A DNA stretch of 64,000 nucleotides from assembly GCF_002105155.1 (NCBI RefSeq), contig NW_019028980.1, positions 682,001 to 746,000 on the forward strand, read 5' to 3'. Shown piece after piece: positions 50,131 through 61,552 of this stretch; positions within the stretch are counted from its first letter, which is position 1, and the number at the start of each line of letters is the position of its first letter. The notes under the pieces were generated by a model, which was given only the letters and a program-made list of their open reading frames with translations, made no database searches and was not told the origin of the DNA. Position numbers and translations under genes: made by a program. Source of the stretch: Lobosporangium transversale. Lineage: Eukaryota.

Positions 50131-50575
50131 CCATTGGCGGGAACTCTTTATTACTCTCGTCATTTCTCCACCCTCATACCCTTCAACGAACCCTTTTACC
50201 GTAATACAGTAGTATAGATATGAAAATTAGCGAAAAAAAAAAAAAAAAAAAAAAAAAAGATACATGGAACGATCACTGTTGCAGGCTCGTAGGAGCAAAA
50301 GTCTTCATCAGCAGGGGTTCGATTAACCATCAAGGCTCTGAGCCTCTCCCAGGAGCTCCCTTTTCATTGTGTCAAAGCTTTTAGTCCTCAAATCATATTT
50401 GAGAAAATAATTTTGTGATACCCCGAAAATTTTACTCTTGAAAGAACACTTTAATTTGATTACCATTCTGCTTTTGAATTGATCGTTCGTTCGTTCGCTC
50501 GCTCATTCATTCATCCGTTTTATTCATTCTTTTTTATTTCTTAACATAACAATAAAATAATAGTAATAAGAAAAC

Positions 50576-50817
50576 ATGGTGTTTGCAAACAAAACATATG
50601 GTGTGGCGACACCTGCAGACCGGTTTGCACAGGTTATTAAGAAGAGACCAGTTCTTTTTTTCGGACTACCCTTCTTGCTTACTATCGTCGGAGGATCCTT
50701 TGTTCTTTCAGAACTTACAGCCACCAAATATAATGTCCATGACCATCGAACAAAAAATGTAAGTCCTTTGAAAGAAAATGAATATGGCAATAACAATAAT
50801 GATAAAGATGATACTTA

Positions 50818-50853
<36 letters not shown>

Positions 50854-51087
50854 TCTTTAATCCATATATAGATGTCAAAAGAAGAAGGACTGAAATTGTC
50901 CAAGAATAGGAGAAAACTCGATCTACAGGAAGAATACTGGAGATTGCAGTCGCGGGATATTGATGATAATTGGGAGATCAAACGAGTCAGCTCAGAAGCA
51001 GCGCCTGGAGTGACAACCTCACCCAAGATGACAGCTCCACCTTCAGAGCCATCATCACCATCATCGCCATCATCAGGATCAAATTAG
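50576..51087 (+). CDS. COX16: Cytochrome c oxidase assembly protein Cox16
   Basis: Exons 50576-50758 (PVLFFGLPFLLTIVGGSFVLSELTATKY) and 50872-51087 (RRKLDLQEEYWRL...DNWEIKRV). Confidence 0.92.
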
Positions 51088-51220
51088 GTTGAAAAAAGCG
51101 ACCTTTTTTTCATATATGTTTTGTCTTTTTTATATATATATGAAAAATAAACACAGTAGCACTTCGATAAAAAAGCAATCAAACATTCTATGACCTTTTT
51201 ATTTTCTCATCATTAATTTC

Positions 51221-51253
<33 letters not shown>

Positions 51254-51333
51254 GAGTTGGATAAATATAATGGATGCATGGAATCGCAGTTAATGGAAAG
51301 CAGAAGCAAAAGTGTTTGGATCAAAAATCCCTT

Positions 51334-52822
51334 TCAAAATTTTGGCATTGGGGCATCAGCAGGCTGAGTCAACAATTTCTCAACATAGGGCCAGATCTGC
51401 TTGCGTGAACGCGCGCTATTCCATTGGAAATAAGCACGTCCGCCTTTAGCGACAAATTCATGAGTATCGATCAAATCAGTTCTTTCCAGCTTTAGATCTT
51501 CAATTTGTTCCATCTGCTCAGGGAAGGATTTGAGGGATTCCAAAACAGGATAAATGGCCATCTGGCGCTGAAATTCATCATGATCTCCAACACTATCTGA
51601 CATCAAGACCAAGAAGAGATCCAACGTTCGGTTCTGGGCCCACTGACGGATGGCCCGTTGGATCACTTGCCTTGTATCACGCTTAACGAATTTCTGCATG
51701 AGACCAGTAGCACTACTGATACCGACCTTGATCTCGTGATCTGAGCCATGTTGAACAACTGTCCATTCCTTGTAATCCTTGCGCAAGATATCATAGTATG
51801 ACAACTTGGAGGTGTCACGGCGGGCTTCTAAAATTCTCTTGAAGAAATGATCCCTGTCTTTCCATCCTGTGTATGGGAAGATTAGTTTGACCATCGCAAT
51901 GTCGAGAGGCTTGGCTTTATGGTATTGCGGATCAAGGTTCATGGTATCAATCAAGATAGGTCCTAGTAAAAGACGCGAGACTTGTCGAAGCCAATCCGAT
52001 GCCTTTTTCTTATCATGCTTTTGTTGACAATCGGATCGATCTCTTCCTTTTTGGTCTGCATCAATAGCGTTGTGAAAGAAATGATCTGCGACTAAGGAAG
52101 CACAGGATCCAACGGGCTCAATTCTTCGAGGATCTGCGGTGCCATTGTGGAGATTTTCGTCCGCGTGATGATCAAGGACGCCCACGACCTTTGCCTTTTT
52201 TAAAGAAGATAATGAACTAGACAGTTTGTTGTGATCGACCAAGAAGAGCGAGAGTTGATCTCGGTTTTTTTTCAGGAGGGATTCAAAGATAGGAAGGTGA
52301 TCTCTGAAAAAGAGAAGATCATGGTTGACCTCGCATGATGATAAGACAAATTCCACGTCTGAACGAAGGACGAGGTCGGCTTGGGGAATGTTAATGAATG
52401 GGAGGATGATATTATTTTTGTTGTTACTTAAATGGGAGAGGAAGAAAGAGGTCGTCAAGGCCGAGATAATCGAGTCAAGATCTTGTGGAGAAAGAAAAAA
52501 AAAAAAAAAAAAAAAAAGCGATTAGGAACAAAAAAAAAATAAAAAAAAAATAAAGAGCGAATGCGCTTATTGGTTTTTTACCGGCGGATTCATTCCCAGT
52601 GACGAGAATGACATGAGTCTCGGGTTCGGTCTCAAGGCGTGGCCGAACAGAGGTAAGGAATGTGTCCATGGCGGATTGTTTGGGAGGATTTGGTTTGCGG
52701 TTGTGATGATGACAGAGGGGGCGAGCGTTGAGAGACAGGGTGGACTGCTGTTGCATGGCGTTTGTACGTCGAAGGAATAGGGCTAAAAATGTCAGTGCCA
52801 AAAGCGCGATTCTGGAATGCAT
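51334..52822 (-). CDS. PPX1: DHH-family exopolyphosphatase (Ppx1/Prune-like) with N-terminal signal-peptide-like extension
   Basis: Exons 52822-52582 and 52481-51334. GNESA|DLDS, LVDHN, LDHH, VGSCASLV, GPILIDT, LRKDYK. Confidence 0.92.
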
Positions 52823-54492
52823 AGTTTGGGCTTGGACTGTTGCTTTTATTTAAAAATTTCCGTGATTGAAATTGGCAGACTGGACCCTTCAACCCTTTCT
52901 TTTTCCGGATGTGGATCGGTATAGCAGATAGCGTAGCAGTATAGGATGAATGGATGGGAAGAGAAAGGAAAGAGTTGGAGAAGGAAAGTATCGTCTTCGA
53001 ATGATCAAGTGCTTACCGAGCATCCTTTTATACTGCCTTCTTTCGTTGATGAGTTTTTTCACCGAAGAAGAAAAAAAAATGAATGCTTTGAGCACGTTTC
53101 TTGTCTTGGCTCAGTTATTTGCTTCTTTTTTTTTTTTTTTTTTTTTTTGTGTTTGCGTGTGAACACGTTCGATGACCAATGTGGCGGGCAACCTACTTTG
53201 GTGGTCATGTATAGTACTCAATCAACATGTGCAAGTATAGTATTGACCTATGAGGCATTATATTTATGTTTATACATCCACTCCATATGATTAGCGTCTT
53301 TGAGCTATCGATCCAAGGCTTGGGGTCACTGGACATGATGGAACTGCCGCAATATAGCGCTAGCTACATCCTTACCAACGCTATAGCTTATTTCCTTGCA
53401 CGTCGAGCTTGGAGGTAAACATCCAGTCGCAGATCAGGCCTGGATAGATACTTAATGACTATATATTGGTGACATTCACAGCAAGGGCTTGATGTCCGGA
53501 CATTGGCTACCAGAGTTGCAGAGTATGTCTTTTACTATGACTTTCATGAGTTATGATGTGGAAGAAAGTTGATATACCTGGGCCATTCCTGGATTTGCAG
53601 CGTATCAAGAAACTCCTATCTCTTGATGGGCCTTCCGCTCACTTTTGGCGGCTAGAGCTTGTTGGTCATTGACGTTGGTTCGTGCACCAGTAGCTTTAAA
53701 GCCTCTATAGCTTGACTCTTCTCCACACTGGAATCTTACTCTGTCTTGTAATCTTGCCATCCCTATACTTTCAGATTTTCGATAGTTGTGTCTAGAGAAT
53801 TCTTGTGGACGCGGCCTAACGGACAAGGCGGACTTGGCGAAATGTTAGAGTGATCCACCCAGGTGCCTGAAAGACCATTCCTAGATACTGTCTTCTAGTA
53901 GTGGGTGGATTTACTCGTTCTGGGACCATAGACATTCTTCTTACCATCTTACCATCTGTCAAAATAAACTGCTTGTCACTAAGTGCTTCGCCCAAATTAA
54001 GAATCCCATCATTTCGTATGAATAAAATGAATAAAGTCTCAAAGCTCATCAAGAGAGGGGAAAAGTGTCAACCTCTGCCCAGGAACTAAGAGAAAAAAAA
54101 TTATAACGATTTAACTGAGACAAGTTTGACTGTGGTAAATACTTTAAATGAAGAGGAGGAATGTGCCCTGTTCTCAAAGACTTGTCTATACCTGTATGAG
54201 TGTATGCACAAAGTTCAAGTCAGATCCCATCGGTTCCCTCTTTTGGAATGGACAATAACAATAACAAAAAAAAAAAAAAAAAAAAAAAAAAACAAAGGTG
54301 ACTCTTTTTTTCTACATGAATCACAGCGTATGAATAATAGGCTGAGCTATGTGATTCATGGTTATGGCACAGGCAATAGACAAATAAACAAACAAAATAC
54401 ATATAAATGTATAAATATATGAACATTATTAATTCATGTCAAGCATTACTTGACAAAGCATTCTTTTTCTTTTTCTTTTTTTTTTTCTTCTC

Positions 54493-54536
54493 ATTCAGAT
54501 TCAGATTCAGATTCAGATTCAGATTCAGATTCAGAT
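54493..54536. repeat. (ATTCAG)n microsatellite, about 7 units, upstream of G6PD
   Basis: Directly visible. Confidence 0.9.
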
Positions 54537-54846
54537 TTTTTTCATCCTCATCCTCATTAACCTCAGCTCAACTTGTTCACTTGCACACTTTCCTAGCTAT
54601 TCAAGTGTCTTTATTACTCAGCTCTACGTTATTTTTTCTTGAGAGAGATTTTCTGTACCCCGCATTTCTCGTGAACATTTTTATTTTACTTTACCACGCT
54701 CTGCTCCTTTACTCTTTTACATTTTTACATCTCTTTTTCTCTTTTCCCTTTTTTCCTTTCTTTCTTTCCTTCTTACCTTACTTCATTTTATTTAGCATCA
54801 ACCTCTTCATCTCCTTACCATATTTTATCAGCACATTCAAAAAATC

Positions 54847-57800
54847 ATGACTACTCCACCAGTCTTCACTGTTATAGGCAAGTGAATGTATCACAAAACT
54901 AACATCATTTCGCCCATCTTTACTTGGACTCTCTCTTTCAGATGAATCTGAGGGTTGTGCTGCGCTGCATCTTGCTGCACGAAGCCTAAATACATCCATA
55001 AAGTTCTTTTCCTTCACTGATTGACCAGCTTACTTATCATGTGTCTGGATGTTTTCTTTTTTTTTTATACTACATGTAATAACAGTTCTCGGTGCTTCTG
55101 GTGATCTGGCCAAGAAAAAGACCTTCCCAGCGCTCTTTGGCCTGTACTTAAATGGACATATTGCATCTACAACCCGGATTATTGGCTATGCACGCACAAA
55201 GATGGATCGTTCAGAGTTCCTGAAGCGTGTGTCACAGCATATCAAGAACACAAACACTCCCAAGGCTAGGGGCATGTTGACTCAGTTCCTGGACCAGTGT
55301 ACATATGTTTCGGGTGTGTATGATCAGGACTCGGGCTTCCAAGCATTAGAACAAGAACTGCAACGAGTCGAGAGAGAGACTCGGGCGCATGATCGCCTGT
55401 TCTACATGGCCCTGCCTCCTTCAGTCTTCATCCCTGTAGCTAATGGATTGAAGAAGAACTGTTACACTTCCAATGGTACCAACCGTTTGATCGTCGAGAA
55501 GCCTTTTGGAATGGATCTTGAGAGCTCACGCACTTTGTCCAAGGCCCTGGGCTCCCTTTTCAGGGAAGATGAGGTAAGAGGAGAACAAGAAGAACAAAAA
55601 AAAAAAAAAAAAAAAAAATAGTAAGAAGACTTGTGGAAAGAATTGGCTTGAGTGAGTGAATGAATCGAGGGTTTTCTTGATTGCAGACTTGGATTTGTTG
55701 GGAACACTTAATGCATACACAAACTTGAGAGCATACACGTTTTTATGTTAGTAAACACCGTTTCATTGGCCAAGTAATGCGGGGTCATTTCTATATGGGC
55801 ATGTTGGTATATCTTAAAAAAGAAAAGGCCCAATGAGGGGTATGACAAATAGAGGATGACGCCAGGCTCGATTACAGTTAACAATATCAATGGAGAATGG
55901 GACTAGAGAGGGCATTCCATTAATATGTAATCATTGCGCGTTTGGTGTCTGCGCAGACATCAAGCAGAAAAATTCGCTTAAAGATAATTAGGCGGTAGTG
56001 CTGATTAAGCAGAATAGTCGATTTTCTTATTGAGGCTTTCCGATTAGTGTGAGTGTGTCGTTGCATTGGAGGGATTGAGAAGATCACTCCTTCGGTTTCT
56101 GACGTGATCAGTCGTGATTGATCTTGTTTTATGTGACCATTAACTTCAAGAACGTTAGTGAGCGGGAAGAGTATAATATATACTTCTGGATTTCAAATTT
56201 TTTTTTACATTTGGGCTGCGTTGGCTCCCTATGACTGTAAAGAGGGAGAGAATGATAAACAAGCCCTTACAGGAATGCGTCGGTTTGCACTTGGACTTGT
56301 ACACATTAGGGTGAGCCGGTGTTTCGCCCACTCTTATTATTGAGATGATCTGATCTGATTGTATTTGTGTGGCGAATTGATACGCATTATGGTCCAGGGT
56401 CGATTAGTTTATGAGTTTATTTGTTATCTCTATTTTTGAAAACAGTTGAGAAAGACCATTAGAACCATGGTCTCCCCGTTTCTTCTCTTGTTGTTGGTGT
56501 GTAGGGAGCGTGTCATCGTTCGAATGATAATGACCCATCAAAAAAAAAAAAAAAAAAAAAAAAAGAGTTTTGATTAATTGCAGTGAGAGATACAGATGAC
56601 TGATTAGGGCAATGGATTTGATTGGCGCGATTGAGTTTTCTCTTAGTGATAAAAGATTGCATCGCAGTGGTAAATGCTTCGCCCGTGCTCAACAATAACA
56701 AAAGCTTTACTAACCTTTGGGACATGGTGGGGAAAGATGGATTGAAGAAGACTAAATATATAAAAAAAAAACGTTGGGTCACAGAATGATTATTCATGAA
56801 AACTACTTTGTGCGTTTAAACATATGTTTGTACACGTGGCCTTGATACCATTAACTAAAAAAAAAAAAAAAACCTTTTCCTTACACGCTCACACGCGGCT
56901 CGTACAATATGATAGATTTATCGCATTGATCATTACCTGGGCAAGGAGATGGTCAAGAACATCATGATCCTGCGCTTCACAAACCAGATCTTTAGCTCTT
57001 GCTGGGACAAGGATCACATCTCGAACGTCCAGATCACCTTTAAGGAAAAGATTGGCACTGAGGGCCGTGGCGGCTACTTTGATGAATTTGGCATTATGCG
57101 CGATGTCATGCAGAACCGTATGTTTTCGAAGCTAGACTTTTGTCAAAGCAGCAAAAAAAAAAAAAAAAAAAAAAAGCTCGTATTAGAATGATTCATTTAA
57201 TTAATTTTTTTCTTTTCTTTTTTTTTAGATCTCCTCCAGATTTTGACTTTGATTGCTATGGAGACTCCTGCATCTACGAATGCTGAAGATATCCGTGACG
57301 CTAAGGTAGATTTTTTGTGGCATCTTTTTTTTTTTTTTTTTTTTATAATATATATTTATATATATATACTTACGAGTATGCATTTATCCTGTTAAAATAA
57401 CAAAACTAGGTCAATGTCCTTCGCGCTATTCCGGAAATCATCGAGTCTGAGGTACTATTGGGTCAATATGGTAGATCCGAGGATGGCACCATGCCTTCGT
57501 ACCTCGATGATGAGACTGTTCCCAAAGGCAGCAAGACCGCCACGTTTGCAGCAGCGACTCTCCATATCAACAACCCCCGCTGGGAAGGTGTTCCATTTGT
57601 TCTAAAGTGTGGTAAAGCATTGGATCAACCAAAGGTCGAAGTCCGCATCCAATTCAAGGATATGGGTAACAGCTTGTTCCAAAAGGATGTGGCCGCTCGT
57701 AACGAACTGGTCATTCGCGTCCAACCTGAAGAAGCCGTCTATTTAAAGATGACTCAAAAATTACCTGGCTTGGGCATGGATACTGTCATCTCTGAACTCA

Positions 57801-58162
57801 ATCTGTCGTATGCTTCCAGATTCACAAACCTGTCCGTCCCTGACGCGTATGAAAACTTGATTTTGGATGCCATCATGGGCGAACAGTCCAACTTTGTGAG
57901 AAGCGATGAGCTGGATGAAGCTTGGAGAATCTTTACACCTGTCTTGCATAAGATTGACAAAGGTCTTGTACCTGTTGAGATCTACCCCTATGGTAGCCGT
58001 GGTCCTAAGCAGCTTTCTGAATTTGTAGCCAAGTTCGGATTCGAGAGGCATTTGCAGGCTTACTCCTGGCCAGAAACTTCCCAGACGGCTGTTGCTGCCG
58101 CTGCTTCATCAACTGGTCCTGCTGCCACTTCATCAACAGGTGCTGCTGGCAGCAAACTCTAA
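54847..58162 (+). CDS. ZWF1: Glucose-6-phosphate 1-dehydrogenase with C-terminal -SKL
   Basis: Exons 54847-54877, 55086-55573, 56916-57117, 57229-57305, 57410-58162. [40 protein letters not shown]. Confidence 0.97.
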
Positions 58163-58289
58163 TTATCACCACCATAGCAAATGGAAATCATCTCAATCAT
58201 ACTCACAACCCCAGAGAGCCTTTAACTTTAACGGGTGGTTATAAAAGAAACAGAAATGTATATATCTTTGCATAGTTTAGGAGTCTAGG

Positions 58290-58320
<31 letters not shown>

Positions 58321-61300
58321 CGTATATCAACTTTTATATAAAGAACATATTATATTTATATCAATTTATCGAACCGTGTAGTTTTTTTAATGTTGTTGAG
58401 GCCAATTTTGATAGATCAACTGGCCAACCGTATGTTCAATATCCTTGAAAGACTTTGAATACGGAGGATCCACGGAAATGATATCCAAATACTTAAGAAA
58501 CTTATTCTGGAATCCAATGTGATAATGATGGTGCTTATGCGCATGACTAAAAACAGTTGGCAGTATATAGGCCCATGGCGGTTTTAAGCCGAGCAATAGC
58601 AGATTCCTTTTTACTATGAAGGCAGTGTGTGACACGGCCTAAAAATGTCAAAAAAAATTTACGCGTTTAAATCACAAACAGAAAATCGCCACCAATTGTT
58701 TCTTACACGCTTTTAACTCCTTGGGGCCCCCGTCCTTGCAACCACTGCCTTTATCACGATGAGTAGGATGGCGGTGATGCTTGTCATACTTTTCTGTGCC
58801 TATGTTTACGAATCTTTTGGTGCTTCTCATGCTTATGGTGCTTTTTACCACTTTGTCCTAGTGACGGTGATGGTAGTAGCTATGCCAATGACAATGATCC
58901 TGACGATGATCCGAGTTGTCCGTCATCTCGACATATTTATGCGTTTTGGGCACATTTGGTGCAGCATGAAACTTATATTGCTGGTCTTGCTTGCTCTGCA
59001 GATTTTTGAGCAATGTAATGGATAGGGTAGTGTTGGTAGTGTTGTTTATAACGGTGCCCGGCTCCAACGTTTTGTTAAATAATAGATATATTTATTCTTA
59101 ACATGATTTGCTCACATGTGGCTATCAGAATAATGCACACGAGCAAATCAGAGAAAACTAGAGCTATACTATATACCCTTTACTGATGATCAACCATGAG
59201 AAAACGCCAAATGCAAATCCGCAACAAAAAGAAGTAATTTTTGATCCTTTTTTTTTTTTTTTTTTTTTTGCAATATAAGAATAGGATAAAAGCCGTTTAT
59301 AGTGCTGAAAGGGATAAAGGGTAAGTAAGCAGTTGAACACCCTAATGAACCTACCCCTATTCACCCTTTCCATATGACTAGGACATAAGATCTTGCATTT
59401 TTTTTGACCTTCATTCTTTAAGTCATTACATGCTCGAGGAATGAAAGGCCCCTTTGTGATCCTTAACGATTATCTATAGTTGAGGCATAGAAGATGTGTA
59501 TAGACATTAGCAAACAGAAATCAGTACCAAGATGATGGGGACAAAGACAGACGCGTTGTTGCCAATATTATTAGAAATCGCGATGAGTCTAGTGACATAT
59601 AGTGTTCATACTAGAGAACGGGAAAGATTTATTACATTTTGCCTCCTTCGATTCGATTACTGTAATTTACTTCAGCCAATTAATTTCTTTTAGTTTGATT
59701 AATTTACTACACTAACAATCTTCTCTCTTTCTTCTTCTTCCTCTTCTGCCTGCACATGTGGACAGAATGTGGAAAGTGTGCAAGCATCTCTTTTTGAGTG
59801 CCTTCTATTCCAATATTGAATGCATCGTAAAACTTGACGCACAAACAAGGAGAATCAATGAGTGTGTGAGTGTGAGTGTAATTGAAGTTTCTTCATCTCC
59901 GATCAGTGACATGCACAGTGTGCACAATGTGAATCCCATGCTATACTACTCTCAAAATGGTCATCTTGAAACATGAATTGTCTCACTTCGCCCTCCTCAT
60001 GTCATTTGCCCTGAACTAACCATTCTTGTCTTGTAGATTTCCTTCTTTCGCTCCAATGTAACAGAGCTATTAGAGCCATGCATGCTTTTTTTCCTTCTTG
60101 TTTTCCCTTTCCTTGGATAGGATATGCCAGATCAAACCGAACACTCTTTTTCATTCACTTGTTAGTATAAATATTACATATTGACTGAGTGCCAATTGTC
60201 TTGTGAAGAGAGACCTTGTAAGTCCCTACTTTACTGACCAGCTTAAATGGCATATAGAAGGTGATAACGGAAGCTTGAGAAGCGGGGCTTCTATTCAATG
60301 CTGTTTGTTCTTCAACCCCTTTACTAGATTCTCTGGTTTTACCTGTGCACTCGATCGCTTCCTCTGGATAAAGTCCAAAAGACTTTAGGTTAGCATATCA
60401 ACACATATTAGTTTATTAGTTTTTATTGTCAATAACAATAAAGGGCTGTTGTATGGCTTGGGTATACGGCCCTTCCTCAACAAGGTTCTATTCCATTAAC
60501 CTAGTTGGGGATCAAGATGGCTGCTGTGTGGAGTCTGACCCCTGACATAATCCACCGCTCAATCATTCAACAACCTCTCAATCAAATAACCTATATTCCT
60601 ATTCTATTATGAGCACTTTGGGACAAAGCTTAATCCCAAGGCACCCCCAGAAAGAGAAATAAGTTCAGTATTCAAATACCGAATTTCAAGGGGGTAAAAA
60701 TAAAGGAAAATTTGCCTGCTCGGACATTTCATCTTTGTAGCACGTTGTGAGAAGTAGATGTTCAATTCAATTGGGACCTTAATCCTTGTTTGACTCACAA
60801 AGGTTTCGCACGCTAATTTAGAATGATTAAACCGTGCAGATGACAACCGAAAAAAAAATAGTCTAACCATTGCATATTTCTTCAGAAGCACAATAGACTA
60901 CTAGAGTTCTTGTTTCTTTCTTATTCTCACAGTCCTTGAAGAGGCTGGGAGGCTGCATTTTCTCTTCATTTTCTCTCTTTCTTTTTGTTATTCAATGTTT
61001 CTTGTAAAAACAACACAATAGGGTATACTGTATGAGATAGAAATATCGCTAGAAAAAGAGGATGAGATAGAGACATAGACATAGACATAGACAGAATACA
61101 GAGAAGTTTAAAACTTTCAAGCACTATATCCTTTATGCCACTTTTTGTTATTAGGTCATCACCATCGTCTTTACTTCCCTTGTGTTCAGGGCCAATTTGC
61201 CTGACCGCTGCAATTTATCAAACGAAATTTAATAATGTGATCCAGGGGAGAGCTGTTTCGAAAAACTTTGTCTGTGAATTGCCCTGCCTGACTCCATTAC

Positions 61301-61552
61301 CTCCACACTAAGCTTTACTGCTCTCAATGCTCTCATTGCCCACGCTGTCCACACAGTTCATCAGCTGTGCCTCTTCCACTTCCTCTACTCTTTTGTTGTC
61401 GTATAAAAAGGAACCCCTGCTTCCTCTTTTTTTTTTAGATCGACGACAATCAACCTTTTCTTCCTTACAACGCGGCAATCTTGCCTCCTCATTCTCCTGC
61501 GTTTTTTTTTGTTTCCCCTTAAATATACAACGCCTTTCCTTTTTTGTACATA

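Noticed and set aside
50264..50400. In-frame TGA codons suggesting a selenoprotein or frameshifted ORF
   Set aside because: No redox motif, SECIS or Sec machinery visible.
1..58162. Lipogenesis cluster (FAS, lipase, G6PD)
   Set aside because: Genes are 30-45 kb apart and separated by many unrelated housekeeping genes.
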